Source of the DNA: Euglena gracilis
Lineage: Eukaryota
Direction: 5' to 3'
Length of the DNA stretch: 64,000 nucleotides
Assembly: GCA_039621445.1 (NCBI GenBank)
Contig: CP154954.1
Coordinates: forward strand, 34,383,737 to 34,447,736
Below the pieces are notes generated by a model. That model searched no databases. It saw only the letters and a list, made by a program, of their open reading frames with translations, and was not told the origin of the DNA. Shown here piece after piece: positions 36,861 to 49,270 of this stretch. Position numbers and translations under genes: made by a program. Every line of letters starts with the position of its first letter. Position 1 is the first letter of the stretch.

Positions 36861-39800
36861 TAGCTGTTGGAGGGCCAAATGAAGCCACTTTTTACTCCTC
36901 CATTGGTGGTTCATTTGCGCATTTGCGCGCATCACGTTGCTTGTGGGCACAAATGCGCAAATGAACCACATCTGCTGCTGGCGTTTCACAATTGTGTTTC
37001 CGTCACACCCTTCTTCTTTGGGTTTATGTGCGCATTTGCGTCCACCAATACAAATTTTTTTCGTGGGCGCAAATGCGCGCATAAACATAGTTTTGTTTGT
37101 GCGCGCATTTGCGCCCATAAGCTAACGCCGTCGACAAACGGTGAGACAAACCCACCAAATTATGTTTATCGATGGCACGCTGGTTCGCACCGTCACGGCC
37201 CCTTTGTCACGCCGTTTACCGACGGCATCAGTTCATGGGTGTTGAAGACCAACCCTTGAAAGACACAATTATGTTTATTTGCGCAAATGCGCGCACCAAC
37301 ATAATTATGTTGGTGCGCAATTGCGCAAATAAACACAAATTTGTTCTTTAAGGGTTCGGCTTCTTCTGCCGGGTTCTTTGCCACAAAACTGGTTGTGCAG
37401 ATCCCGGGTGTAAATAGGGTGGGAAACTTCATTCCCTGAGGTCCCTATTTCTTCCCCCCTGCGCATTCCTTGCCAAACACACACACTTATCTTCCTTTCC
37501 CTGCGTCCTTCCCGCCGGCTTGGCCACACCGCACCCTCACCCCCCAGCACTTCCTCCCCGCGCTTTAACAAACAACCCAAAAACACCACACCAAGGCGCC
37601 ACAAGCGAAGCAGTCCGGCAAACACCCAGGACCAACAACGCAGGCAAACCAGGCCCACACAGGAACACAGCCGACAAGAGCAACAAGGGCAGCAAAGGTC
37701 CCGTTCCTTTGCCGCTTTTTTGCCATTTTTTTCTCCCTTGGACGGGAAAGTCCCGGGGGTTTCGACGCGCGGAGCCATTTCCGGACCCACCAAAAACACC
37801 ATTTTTGGCCAAAGCCCCAGGGGTCTCACAGCCAAAAACAGAATTTAGCTCATTTTTTGCACTCTCTTGTCACCGTGTTTTCAAACACCCCCGGAGCCAT
37901 ACAGCCGAAGTGAAGAAATTCCGGGATTTGCGCAAATGTGCAAATAAACATAAAAAAGCTTAAATGCGAATCCGGCCTCCTAAGATCCATACAGATGGTG
38001 ATGCACATCCACTGTACGGTGACGCACATCCACCGGATGGTGACGCACATCCACCGGACGGTGTAGCACAGCCACAGCACGGTGACACACATCCACTGGA
38101 CGGTGACGTATGTTCCGGCGGACGGTGATGCACATCCACCGGAGGGTGACCCACCTCTGCCGGACGGTAACACACATCCACTGGACGGTGACGCGTGTTC
38201 CGGCGGACCGTGATGCACATCCACCGGAGGGTGACCCACCTACCCGGACGGTAACACACATCCACTGGACGGTGACGCATGCTCCGGCGGACCGTGATGC
38301 ACATCCACCGGAGGGTGACCCACCTCTACCGGACGGTAACACACATCCACCGGACGGTGACGCAAATCCACGGGACGGTGACGCATATTCCACCGGACGG
38401 TGATGAACATCTACCGGACGGTGACGCACATCCACCAGAAGGTGACACAAATACACTGGGCAAAGTCACACGTCCACCAGACGGTGACACACATCCACCA
38501 GACGGTGACGCACATCCACTGGACAGCGACGCACATCCACCGGAAGGTGACGCACCTCCACCGTATTGTGTGTAAATCCACCGGACGGTGACGCACAGCC
38601 ACCGGACGATGACACACATCCATCGGACGGTGATGCGCATCCACTGAACGGTAACTCACATCTACCAAACGGTAACTCACATTTACCGGACGGTGATGCA
38701 CATCCACCAGACGGTGACGACATCCACCGGAGAGTTACGCACCTCCACCGGACACTGACGCACATCCGAAGGAAGGTGACACACATCCACCGCACGGTGA
38801 CACACATCCACCGGATGGTGACGCACCTCCACCGGATGGTGACACACATCCACCGGACGGTGACACACATCCACCAGACCGTGGCACACATCCAACGATG
38901 CACATCCACTGGATGGTGACACACATCCACCGGATGGTGACGCACGTACACCAGACACTGACGCACATCCACCGGACGGTGACACACATCAACCGGACAG
39001 TGATGCACATCCACTGGACAGTGATGCACACCCGTCGGACGGTGACGCACATCCACCGGACGGTGACGCACCTCCACCGGACGGTGAAAGACCTCCACCA
39101 GACCGTGACACACATCCAACGATGCACATCCACCGGACGGTGATGCCCATCCACCGGACGGTGATGCACATCCACCGGACGGTGACACACATCCGAAAGA
39201 CGGTGATGCACATCCACCGGACACTGACGCACATCCGAAAGACGGTGACACACATCTAACGATGCACATCCACCGGACGGTGATGCCCATCCACCGGACG
39301 GTGATGCACATCCACCGGACGGTGACGCACATCCGAAAGACGGTGATGCACATCCACCGGACACTGACGCACATCCGAAAGACGGTGATGCACATCCACT
39401 GGAGGGTAATACACATCCACCGGACGGTGACGCACATCCGAAGGACGGTGACACACATCCACCAAATGGTGACATGCATCCACCAGACGGTGACACGCAT
39501 TCAACAACGCACATCCACCGCAAGGTGACGCACATCCACCGGACGGTGATGCCCATCCACCGGACGGTGATGCACATCCACCGGACGGTGACGCACATCC
39601 GAAAAACGGTGATGCACATCCACCGGACACTGACGCACATCCGAAAGACGGTGATGCACATCCACTGGAGGGTAATACACATCCACCGGACGGTGACGCA
39701 CATCCGAAGGACGGTGACACACATCCACCAAATGGTGACGTGCATCCACCAGACGGTGACACGCATTCAACAACGCACATCCACCGCAAGATGACGCACA

Positions 39801-41268
39801 TCCACCGGACGGTGATGCACATCCACCGGATGGTGATGCACATCCACCGGACGGTGACGCACATCCACCAGACGGCGACACACATCCAACGGCGCACATC
39901 CACCGGACGGTGGCAGACATGCACCAGATGGCGACGCAGTTCCACCGGACCGTGACGCACATCCACCGAAAAGTGACGCACATCCACCCGGTGGTGACGC
40001 CCATCCACCCGACAGTGACGCACATCCACCAGACAATAACTCACATCCACCGGACGGTAACTCACATCCACTGGACGTTGATGCCCATCCACTGGTGACG
40101 CACATCCGAAGGACGGTGAAACACATCCGAAGAACGGCGATGCACATCCACCGGAGGGTAATACACATTCACAGGACGGTGACACACTTCCACGGAACGG
40201 TCATGCACATCCACCGGATGGTGACGCACATCCACCGAACAGTAACGCACATCTACCGGAGGGTAATACACATTCACAGGACGGTGACGCACATCCACCA
40301 AACGGTGATGCACATCCACCGGACGGTGACGCACATCCACCGAACAGTAACGCACATCCACCGGACGGCGACACACATCCAACGACGCACATCCACCGGA
40401 CGGTGAAGCACATCCACCACCGGACGGTGATGCACATCCACCGGACACTGACGCACATCCACCGAACGGTGATGTACATCCACTGGACGGTGACACACAT
40501 CCAACGACGAACATCATCCGGACAGTGATGCACATCCACCGGACGGTGACACACATCCACCAGACGGTGACGCAAATCCACCGGACGGTGACGCACCTCC
40601 ACCGGGCGGTGACGCACCTCCACCGGGCGGTGACGCACATCCACCGGACAGTAACGCACATCCACCGGACGGTGACACACATCCACCGGATGGTAATGCA
40701 CATCCACCGGACGGTGACACACATCCACCAGACGGTGACGCACATCCACCGGGCACCTCCACCAGACGGTGACGTACATCCACCGCACGGTGACGCACCT
40801 CCACTGGACCGTGACACACATCCAATGACGCACATCCACCGCACGGTGACACACATCCACCGGACGGTGATGCACATCCACCGGACATAGGCGCATATTC
40901 CTTCGGACGGTGACGCACGTCCACCAGACGGTAACTCACGTCCACCGGACGGTGGCAAACATCCACCGGACGGTGGCACACATGCACCAGACGGTGACGC
41001 AGTTCCACCGGACGGTGACGCACATCCACCGAACATTTACGCACATCCACCCGATGGTGACGCCCATCCACCGGACAATGACGCACATCCCCCAGACGGT
41101 GATACACATCCTGACGGTGACTCGCATCCACCGGACAGCAACGCACATCCACCGGACAGTAACTCACATCCACCGGACGGTGATGCCCATCCACCGGACG
41201 GTGATGCACATCCACCGGACGGTGATGCCCATCCACCGGACGGTGATGCACATCCACCGGACACTGAC

Positions 41269-41578
41269 CATGCTTGTGCTTACCGACCGGGGGGGGGGGG
41301 TGGGTGCTATAGGGTGCCTGCCCCTAGCAGGCACACCCCCCCGGGGGGGGGATAGGGGTCCGGGCCGGACCCAGAAAATTTTCATTGAAAATGGCCGTTT
41401 CCGGGCCCCCGGCGCCTTCGGCGCCGGGGTCGGAGGGGGGTGCCTGCTAGGGGCAAGCACCCCCCCCAAAACCCTACTCCCCCCCGGGGGGGGGGGGGTC
41501 GGATCGGGTGCTATGGGGTGCCTGCCCCTAGCACCCCCCCCCCCCCGTGGGGTAGGCACCCGACTAAGCACAAGCCTG
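41269..41578. mobile_element. hAT-type MITE (310 bp)
   Basis: TIRs CATGCTTGTGCTTA / TAAGCACAAGCCTG (13 of 14 match). Perfect 8-bp TSD ACACTGAC at 41261-41268 and 41579-41586. Confidence 0.92.
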
Positions 41579-41942
41579 ACACTGACGCACATCCGAAGGA
41601 CGGTGACGCACATCCACTGGAGGGTAATACACATTCACAGGATGGTGATGCACATCCACCGCATGGTGAAGCACATCCACCAGACGGCGACACAAATCCA
41701 CGGGACAATGACGCACATCCACTGGACAGTGACGCACATCCGCCGGATGGTAACACAAAACGGTGACACACATCCACCAGACGGTGATGCACCACCACCA
41801 GACGGTGGTGCATCCACCGGACGGTGCCGCACATCCACCGGACCCTGATACAAAAAAAAAACAACCACGGGACGGTGATGTACATCCATCGGACAGTGAC
41901 ACATATCCACTGGACAGTGACGCACAGCCACAAGACTGTGAC

Positions 41943-42238
41943 CATACCATTGCTTAGCGACCCCCTGGGGAGGCGGTCACTTTCCACTCTGAAAAACCAA
42001 TCAGTCATTTTTTCTGAAAAAAAAAAACCAATCAGTCACTTTATCCCCCGGGGGGATCGGCCACGCAACAGGAGGCAATGAAATGTTGTCAAAAAATCCG
42101 GCGCCTTCGGCGCCAGGCCAGCCACTTTTCATTTTCAGGCCTACCCCACCCCCCCCAGGGGGGGGGTGGCTCTGGGCCGGAAAACCAGTCAGTCACCCCC
42201 CTGGGGGTGGGGCAGGACAGGTGCTCTGCAATGGTATG
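41943..42238. mobile_element. hAT-type MITE (296 bp)
   Basis: Perfect 11-bp TIRs CATACCATTGC / GCAATGGTATG. Perfect 8-bp TSD ACTGTGAC at 41935-41942 and 42239-42246. Confidence 0.93.
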
Positions 42239-42892
42239 ACTGTGACACATGTCCACCAGGTGGTGAGGCATATCCATTGGATAGAGATGCACATCCACTG
42301 GACGGTGGCACATATCCATTGGACAGTGACTTACATGTGACAGACAGTTAAGAGATGGTGACGCACATCCACCAGGCGGTGTTGCACATCCACCAGACTG
42401 TGCCGCCCATCCTTTGGCTGTCTGTTGGTTATGTGACTATGTCAGGCATGCACTCTTTTTGGCGTTTGGGATTCTCCCTTCAAAATAAGAACCTCCGGAA
42501 TGTTATATACTTCTGCAACACATTGCTAAAGTAAACTGGGGTGTTATGGTTATTACTTGGAAACCCAAGTCCACGTGCCAGTGCTGGTAGCTTTTTTTGT
42601 GGCAATAAAATTTCCATTTTCAATAGCGCTTCAGGTTACCCCTTTTTGGTCATTAGAACCATGGATGCTGCTTTTCTTTTCATTCTGTCTCACATTTATT
42701 TGAATTTTCGGCTTGCCGTGTAAGATTTTATGATTGTTTCCATTGCAAAAAAAAAAACGTGGGCTTTATTGCCTGCAAATTCAAAATAAATCGACAGGCT
42801 CGGGGGGATTATTATTGGGTATCAACTGGATTCTAGCTGGGGTTGGATTGCCTCCCCCTGTGGGGGGGGGGTTCTTGTGGGGGGCAAGGCAC

Positions 42893-42972
42893 CTTCCCAC
42901 CGCCGCCTGCAGGCCAAAGATGGTGAAGCCGCGGGCACTGTTGGTGGGGTCGAGGATGTCGGAGAGGTACGC
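42893..42972 (-). CDS. MFS transporter (ZIFL/DHA1-like), exon E: AYLSDILDPTNSARGFTIFGLQAAVG
   Basis: CTGCAG| acceptor and |GTGCC donor; phase 0 continues exon D; resembles the TM4-TM5 segment of ZIFL-type MFS proteins. Confidence 0.85.
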
Positions 42973-43310
42973 CTGCAGTGGTGTGGAAGAGAACGACCCC
43001 CCACCAACCTGTGACAAAAGGGGGAGGGGGGCGTATTACTCAGCGAGAAAACGTCCTGATAGTTGTAACGCAGCACAGTGCACATTTCTCTAGACGATTG
43101 CAACAGCAGTGGGATTCGCCCATACCGACGCCTGGGGCAGTTTGCATCAAATGAAGGTGGATGGGTGGGGCTTAAAATGAAGCCATAAGGCCCCAAAATA
43201 ACCGATGAAACTAACCCCCCTCCAAAGAACTCTCAGGACACAGAGGTGGGTAAGACCCTGCCCTGCCTCAAAACTTTTTGGTTGGAGTGCCATCAGTCGA
43301 GGGTTAAGGT

Positions 43311-43580
43311 CATACCATTGCTTATTGACCCCCCGGGGGAGGGGGGTCACTTTCCACTTCCAAAAAAACAAATCAGTTTTTTCAAAAACCAGTCACCCAC
43401 TTCCCACCCCCTCCCTGGGGGGGTCACTTTGGCCACTCACTCAGCCAAAAAAAAAATTCAGTTCGGTTCAAAATGAATGGATTCTGTCAAAAAATTTCAC
43501 CAAAATCCAAAACCAAAATCAAAATTTGACCAAAATTTTGGTCAAATTTTGGTCTTAAAAAATTTCCTGCGCCTTCATAG
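43311..43580 (+). mobile_element. partial relative of the 41943 MITE
   Basis: Starts CATACCATTGCTTA and shares GGTCACTTTCCACT and AATCAGT motifs. The right TIR was not found, so the end coordinate is approximate. Confidence 0.6.
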
Positions 43581-44244
43581 GCGGGTGGTGACTTTCTGCC
43601 CCACCCCAGTGTGAGGCGGGAATCGATGTAATTTAGGAGGGTCACAAATTGCAAAATTTAGCTGTCAAAGGTTTGGCCTTAGCTTTGCAGGGTACGCTGC
43701 GGCAGAGCTGGCTGGGGAACTGCTGCGCAGAGTGGTGCTGTGCCAGTGTACACACGCCATCACCACGCCCCATGGGCTGGCAGAGGCTTCAGGTGCCAAT
43801 TGGAAAATATTCGCTGGAGGAGGTGAAAATTAATTTTCATACATCTCCAATTTTATGGGTTGTACCCAACCCCAAGCCATAAAAACAAGCAGTTTGTTGA
43901 CATAAAATCCAGAAAATTGACAAAAACTCAGTCTCAGGTCAAAAACAGGCCAAGATGAGGAATTCTTCATAATCAGCAAACTCTTCCACAAGGTATCGAA
44001 AATCGCGGGGACAAAAAACAAAACAAGGAAAAAACACAAATTTTGCCAAGTTTGAAAAAAAGCACAAAAAATGAAAACACATTTGCTTTCTGCCCCCCCC
44101 CCCCCAGCCCTTGTTTCTCCCATGCAGCCCTGTTGAGGAAGTTTGCAGCCCTGGGGAGTTTGGAGGAGTTGAGGAACCACCCCTCACTCCCTTGAGGGCA
44201 GCCTTTGTCGTGAAAAACAATTCGGCATCTTTGGAGGGGGACAC

Positions 44245-44360
44245 CTTCGACACGGAGATGTTGCCGTTGGACAGCCCCCATAAGAACCGCAGGCACAGCG
44301 CGTGGAGGTAGGACGAGCTCAGCCCGAAGAGGAGGATGGCGACGGCGGTGCCGGCCAGTC
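44245..44360 (-). CDS. MFS transporter exon D: GLAGTAVAILLFGLSSSYLHALCLRFLWGLSNGNISVSK
   Basis: TCAG| acceptor, |GTGTCC donor, phase-compatible with exons C and E. RFLxGLxNGN is typical of ZIFL-type MFS TM4. Confidence 0.92.
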
Positions 44361-44603
44361 CTGAGCCGCACCGCGCAAAGGGGGAACCAAAGCCAGACAA
44401 CAGATGGAATATTAAAAAAAAATGCTTACAACAAGAAATCGAAGCAAAACAGCACCACATTCCAAGCTGCCACGGGTGAACCCCACCGCCCTGCCAATCC
44501 CACGCCCCACCCACCCGCCCGCCCGCCCCACAGGGTTGCCGGGGTTCTCGTTCAACTTCGCCCCAACCGGCCACGCGGGGCAGAGAGGAGGGCCCACACA
44601 CAC

Positions 44604-44649
44604 CGGCCATGAGGATGGGCCGGCGACCCCAGCGGTCTGCCGCCCAGCC
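44604..44649 (-). CDS. MFS transporter exon C: GWAADRWGRRPILMA
   Basis: Contains MFS motif A (GxxxDRxGRR); |GTGTGT donor in phase 1. Confidence 0.9.
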
Positions 44650-44750
44650 ACCGCCAGGGGTTGGGGGGCTCCGGCGGGGTCAGAGGGTTGGGGGGCTTGG
44701 AAACCTGGCAAACTGTCAGCCCCCCCCCCTCGTCCCGGCAAACCCTGGCC
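44650..44750 (-). other. nonconventional (non-GT-AG) euglenid-type intron, 101 nt
   Basis: TGG|GGCCAGGGTT...AACCCCTGGCGGT|GGC, with CAG at +4..+6 pairing with CTG at -8..-6. Removal restores YGW-GWAADRWGRR in frame. The junction could slide by up to 3 nt. Confidence 0.85.
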
Positions 44751-44814
44751 CCAGCCATAGGCGGCCAGCAGCTGCCCGAGGAAGAAGGCCGTCGTGAGGT
44801 ACCCGGTGTAGTAC
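44751..44814 (-). CDS. MFS transporter exon B: GYYTGYLTTAFFLGQLLAAYGW
   Basis: GGCAG| acceptor; the GG+G split codon joins exon A; TM2-like sequence. Confidence 0.9.
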
Positions 44815-45709
44815 CTGCCGACAGCGGCGCAGAAACCCACGAAGAACCGGACGGAAGCAAATGAAGCGGGAAGGGGACGGACCTTGCAATTCGCTTCACC
44901 AGCCAGGCAGACCTTGCTTTTGAGAGGGAGGATGACCATTGTACACGGATGGGACTGATCACGACATCCCGCCAGAAAATTTTTGGGGCGCAGATACCTG
45001 CCAAGCACGATTGCATCAAATCAGCTGCTGGGAATCTTTGCACAGAGCTCCCTCCTTTGTTGCAATGCAGCCAAAAAGGCTGGGTGCCGGAAGGAAGCAG
45101 GAAGACTCGAGCAGCAAAGAGAACACACATTGCACCAGGGGAAAAACGCCCTAATCTCCTCATTTCTTTGTGAGATTTTTTCCATAACCTTGCAAAAAAT
45201 TTTAGTATGTTTATCTGGTCTTGAGTCGAGACATATTTTGATGGTTTTGTGAAATTTCTAAAAATCTCCACCTCCAGCTCCTGAGTCTTTTTGCATCTGT
45301 GTGCGTGTGTTGAGTTCTTCCTGCCTGCCTGCGCGTGTGTTTGCATGACGAGTTTACACTTACTCCATTTACACTCAATCCCATTCTTGGTTTGAGCTTG
45401 ATTCACAGCATCCACCTGCTTCATTTCAAGCAAAGAATGCAATAACATAAACAGAACACAAAGAAAAATGGTTGAAACTTGATCCAGAGACACAAAATTT
45501 GACAGGTCCATTCACTCAAAACCTGCGGTATATTACCCCCCCCCCCACACACATTTTCAACCAACGCAAAATGATTACCATCTGTTTGTGAGATCCTGAT
45601 GTGTCCAAACTCGGGCTGGGCTGCATCAATTGTGCTGACCAGGTTTGACTGACGCTTACAGGCAGCCACGGCCATTCAGGTGGGAGGGGGTGGGGGCCGC
45701 GCCGCACAC

Positions 45710-45934
45710 CCAAGCTGCGACGTGGGGGAGGCGGGGAAGAACGCGCCGACCATGAAGGGGACGACCGGGAGGACGACCAGCATGCTGAAGTGGTTGGCGA
45801 GCAGCACCGCCCCGCCCAGGGACCCCCTTCACGTCCGCCCCGGAGAGCGGAGTCACACGGGCGGGCGAAGGGGATCCCTGGCCCCGACGGTGAGCACGCG
45901 GCGCCACGGCACCGGCGTCGGGGCGACCTCGGCC
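45710..45934 (-). CDS. MFS transporter exon A: ...VTPLSGADVKGV-LGGAVLLANHFSMLVVLPVVPFMVGAFFPASPTSQL (needs one 1-bp correction near 45820)
   Basis: GCCAG| acceptor after a pyrimidine-rich stretch, |GTGTGC donor; TPL plus TM1 'LPxxPFMV' pattern. The 5' boundary is less certain than the 3'. Confidence 0.75.
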
Positions 45935-47134
45935 CTGGCAACAACGCGAGGGGCGGGGAGTGGGGCACACAGACAGAGATAAACAGGGGGGGGGGGCAAG
46001 GCCAACCCACACACTGAGAGGATGTGGCAGGAGGGAGCATACCGGGCGAGGATGCCAACACAAGTACAAACGGCGGGGGGGGGGGGGCGGGGTGGGGGGG
46101 GGGGGGGGTGGGGGGGGGGGGGGGAGGGGGTGCGGGGGGGGCGTAAGTGCGGTGGCGACCATTGCCGCGGGGTTTTAAACGCACTACCGATCCGGAATGC
46201 GGAGAGAAACTGTGGGCTTGACCTTCACCGCTATCTTAACTGTGCAAAATGTGAACCTGGGATCAGTCTGTTTTGAGAGATATAAAATAAAAAAAAAACC
46301 TGACAGAATACTCTGATGTTCAGATGCACAAGAGTATGCACAAAATATGCACATTCTGGCTGCTTTTTTGCCTGACAGAGAAAATGACGAATATCGGAAT
46401 CCCACTGCCACTCTGGGAGGGGTAGTACAACGCTCTTAGAGTGCTCTCGTTCGCCCACCAGAGGGTTATTAAACACTTGTGCTATTTGTAATGTACCGGT
46501 ATGGAGTGTACACCCAACGGGCAGTTTCTGCCAATGACTTCAGGAGCATGTGCACGTGCGCGCGTGCATGCGCATGTGTGTTTGGCATCATACTGGGTCT
46601 CGGGGGCTGTTGCGGCATGTGTCATCCCTCCATCGGGCTGCAAAGAATAGAAAGAAACCAGCTGGAGTTCTGCCAAATATTTCGAAGTAGGTAGTCAGGG
46701 TCAAAGGTTAAAATTTTTGTTTCAATCAGGGTGCTTAGTGACCCCGGGGGGGGTCCAGCTCAGAGGCTGGAAAGTTTGGGTCGAAAAAGGCTGCTGGCTT
46801 TCTTCGACCCAAAAAGACCCATGGAGGTGCCCCCCGGCTGGAAGCGGCCCGAGCCCGACTGGGGGTCGCACCAGGTAACAAAAAAATTGAAACAGACCCA
46901 AAACTGCCACCTATGGGAAAAAATCATTTTTTGACCTGGCCTGCTCTTTTTCAACCCATCTTTGCCCGGTTTTGGCCCAGTTTGAGACCTCTAAAACCGA
47001 AAAATCCGTTACCATCCAGCCGTCCCTTGGGAGACTCCAAAACAGTTTAAACGTCGATGGCGGGGGTCTGGAGCTGGAAAAAGCTGCTGGCTAGAAAAAG
47101 GCTGCAGGGTGGCTGGACCCCTGGGGGGATGGGG

Positions 47135-47639
47135 CAGGGGGAAATATGCAGCAAGGCACCTCGAACTATGCAATGCAAAAAAATGCAGAAAAGTGCAACA
47201 AAAAACATACAAAAAGAATGCAAGTTGCACATGTAGATTCCTTTAGGAGCTCCCCGGGGCTGTACACTTCTCCACTGGAAAGGACTTAGACTTTCACCTT
47301 CTCCAAAAATCTTCTTCAACTTTCACCTGCTCCAAAAATGCAACACCAAAATAGAATGTGGGTGCAAACTACAAAGTCATATGGTGGTTCATCTAATTGC
47401 ATCCACTTATCCATTGATTTCATTATGCAACTGCTTATGTGCATTAGGTCCGAATGCAACTTCCAGCTCTCTCGCAGTGGAGCAATTTGCCCGTTTTGTC
47501 TGTGCAAATGCATGGAAAAAAAAGCGGAAATCGAAAAGGCAAAATGTGCAAAAAAAATGTAAAAAATGCAAAAAAAATTTTTCAAAAATTTTCATTATGC
47601 AAAAAAATGCACATTATGCAACTTGCATATCCCCCCCTG
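47135..47639. mobile_element. hAT-type non-autonomous element with AAAAATGC subterminal repeats
   Basis: CAGGGGGAAATATGCA ... TGCATATCCCCCCCTG, flanked on both sides by GATGGGG (an 8-bp TSD if one G was lost). Confidence 0.75.
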
Positions 47640-48779
47640 GATGGGGTGCCCTCTGGTTTAAGCGGCGCCTTGGTTTCGGTTCCTTCTATGGACAACATTG
47701 CTCACAAAAACAATGAAATGAACTCACTTTGCATGCATCTTTGCCTGCTGACTTTCACCGCCAAATGGAGTGAAAGAATGGTGCCACCAAAGCCATTTTG
47801 AGGTGAGGCATGAACTGGAAAGTGGAAAGTGCTTTGACTCTTTCCCATTCTCCAAACCCTTATGCCAACCTTTTCCCCAAACCTCGAGCCCTTACCCTTC
47901 ACTGGCAAGCCCTTGCTTCGGAACTGAAGATGAGCACTAACCCATGCAAATTTTCCTCCCATTCATCACATATATGGTGTGACATTCACCCTGGAGCCTC
48001 CCCAGGGGAGTTGGTTGAGGAGACATAAAATCTTCTTGCGCACGAGCCAACCTTTGCCTGTTTGACACGAAGGCAATTGAGCCGAAAACAGAGCACATTT
48101 CAGCGGATGAAATCAGACTGCAGTTAACCAACCTGGGGGGGGGGGTTCGGGTTGCACTGGAATGCCTGGGCAGGTATTGGAATGCCTAGGCATTACATTA
48201 CGCTGCACTGCTGCACTACCAAACTACCCCATTGAGGGGTCAAAATGCTCAGAAAAGGCTTCTCTGGGCTTCAGGCGCCTTTGGCGCCGGAAGAGCCTTG
48301 GCCGAGTACAAATAGGGGTGGACCTGGCTGCCTTGGAGTGCCTGCCCAGGCAGGCCCCCCAGAGTGGGGTTGGCCTCGCCCCAAAATTCAGCCTGGGTGA
48401 CAGTACATCAGCAACGTGATGCCAGGGTGGAATAGAAATACAAAAATGTATCGACCACTTCTGCAAAATTCACAAAATATATGTTTAATTGTAATGATTA
48501 CAACAACCCAAAAGACAGATGACTAAATGATGTTGTCACAATTTGGTATAACTCCTAGCAAACACCTGTGAATACCTGTTCAATCCTAGGGAATGGAGTA
48601 TGGCTCACAGAAAGCAGGTATTGTTCAGTTTCAAAAAGGGGCCCACGTCATGTCGCAGTCACGGACGGCAGGACCACTGGCAAGAATAGGACGTGGCAAA
48701 GGGCGTTGTCCCACAAGAAAGAAACCCATCGCCACATGGACAGCATTTGCGTGCGGGAGAAGGATAGGGTACAAGGGGG

Positions 48780-49270
48780 CAGGGCAGACGTGGGCGTCCC
48801 TGTGTAGCGTTCCGGGGGACCCGAGTCATCGAAGGGGCTCGTCCTCCGTGGTGTTGCCCCAGGGGTCGCTGCCGCCGTGCGAGGAGTCCGACAGCTCCTC
48901 GGGGCCGTCGCCCCCCAACCCTTGCACCTCCACCCATCCCACTGAGCCAGGCGGGCCGTCCGGCCCTGGTCCAGCGGTCCAGCCCCGGCGGTGGTCTGCC
49001 CACCACCTGCCTTGGCGCGCCACGGCACCGCCGCACGGGGTCCCCGGGGCACCTTTCCCTCAAAGCGACTACCGTTCACAAACCCAGCCTCCGCCCTCGA
49101 GTGCGTCCCCAGAGGTCAAGGGTGGGGACAGGCTGGGGGGGCCACGCGCGGCGGAGTCGACCCGGCCGGGGGCCCGCTGGGGCACTTGGGCGGCGGCGGC
49201 GGCGGGGGGGGGGGGGGGGCGGGCCCGGCGGCCGAGGAACGGGGCGCGGGGAACGCCGTGGGCCATGGCC
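48780..49270 (-). CDS. GC-rich candidate exons, possibly the N-terminal extension of the MFS gene (MAHGVPRAPFLG..., ...PEELSDSSHGGSDPWGNTTEDEP)
   Basis: High GC3 on the minus strand and a GGCAG| acceptor near 49007. Joins could not be established and no homology was recognised. Confidence 0.35.

Larger units (their letters stand above)
37995..42410. repeat. 21-bp minisatellite (GGACGGTGACGCACATCCACC)n, diverged, interrupted by two MITEs
   Basis: Clear 21-nt periodicity; it produces the RTVTHIH and VTVRWMC pseudo-peptides in the ORF track. Confidence 0.97.

Noticed and set aside
37995-42410. His- or Cys-rich heptad-repeat protein (RTVTHIH, CASPSGG)
   Set aside because: Frames switch repeatedly, MITEs interrupt the tract, and it lies downstream of an MFS donor site. 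It is a minisatellite.
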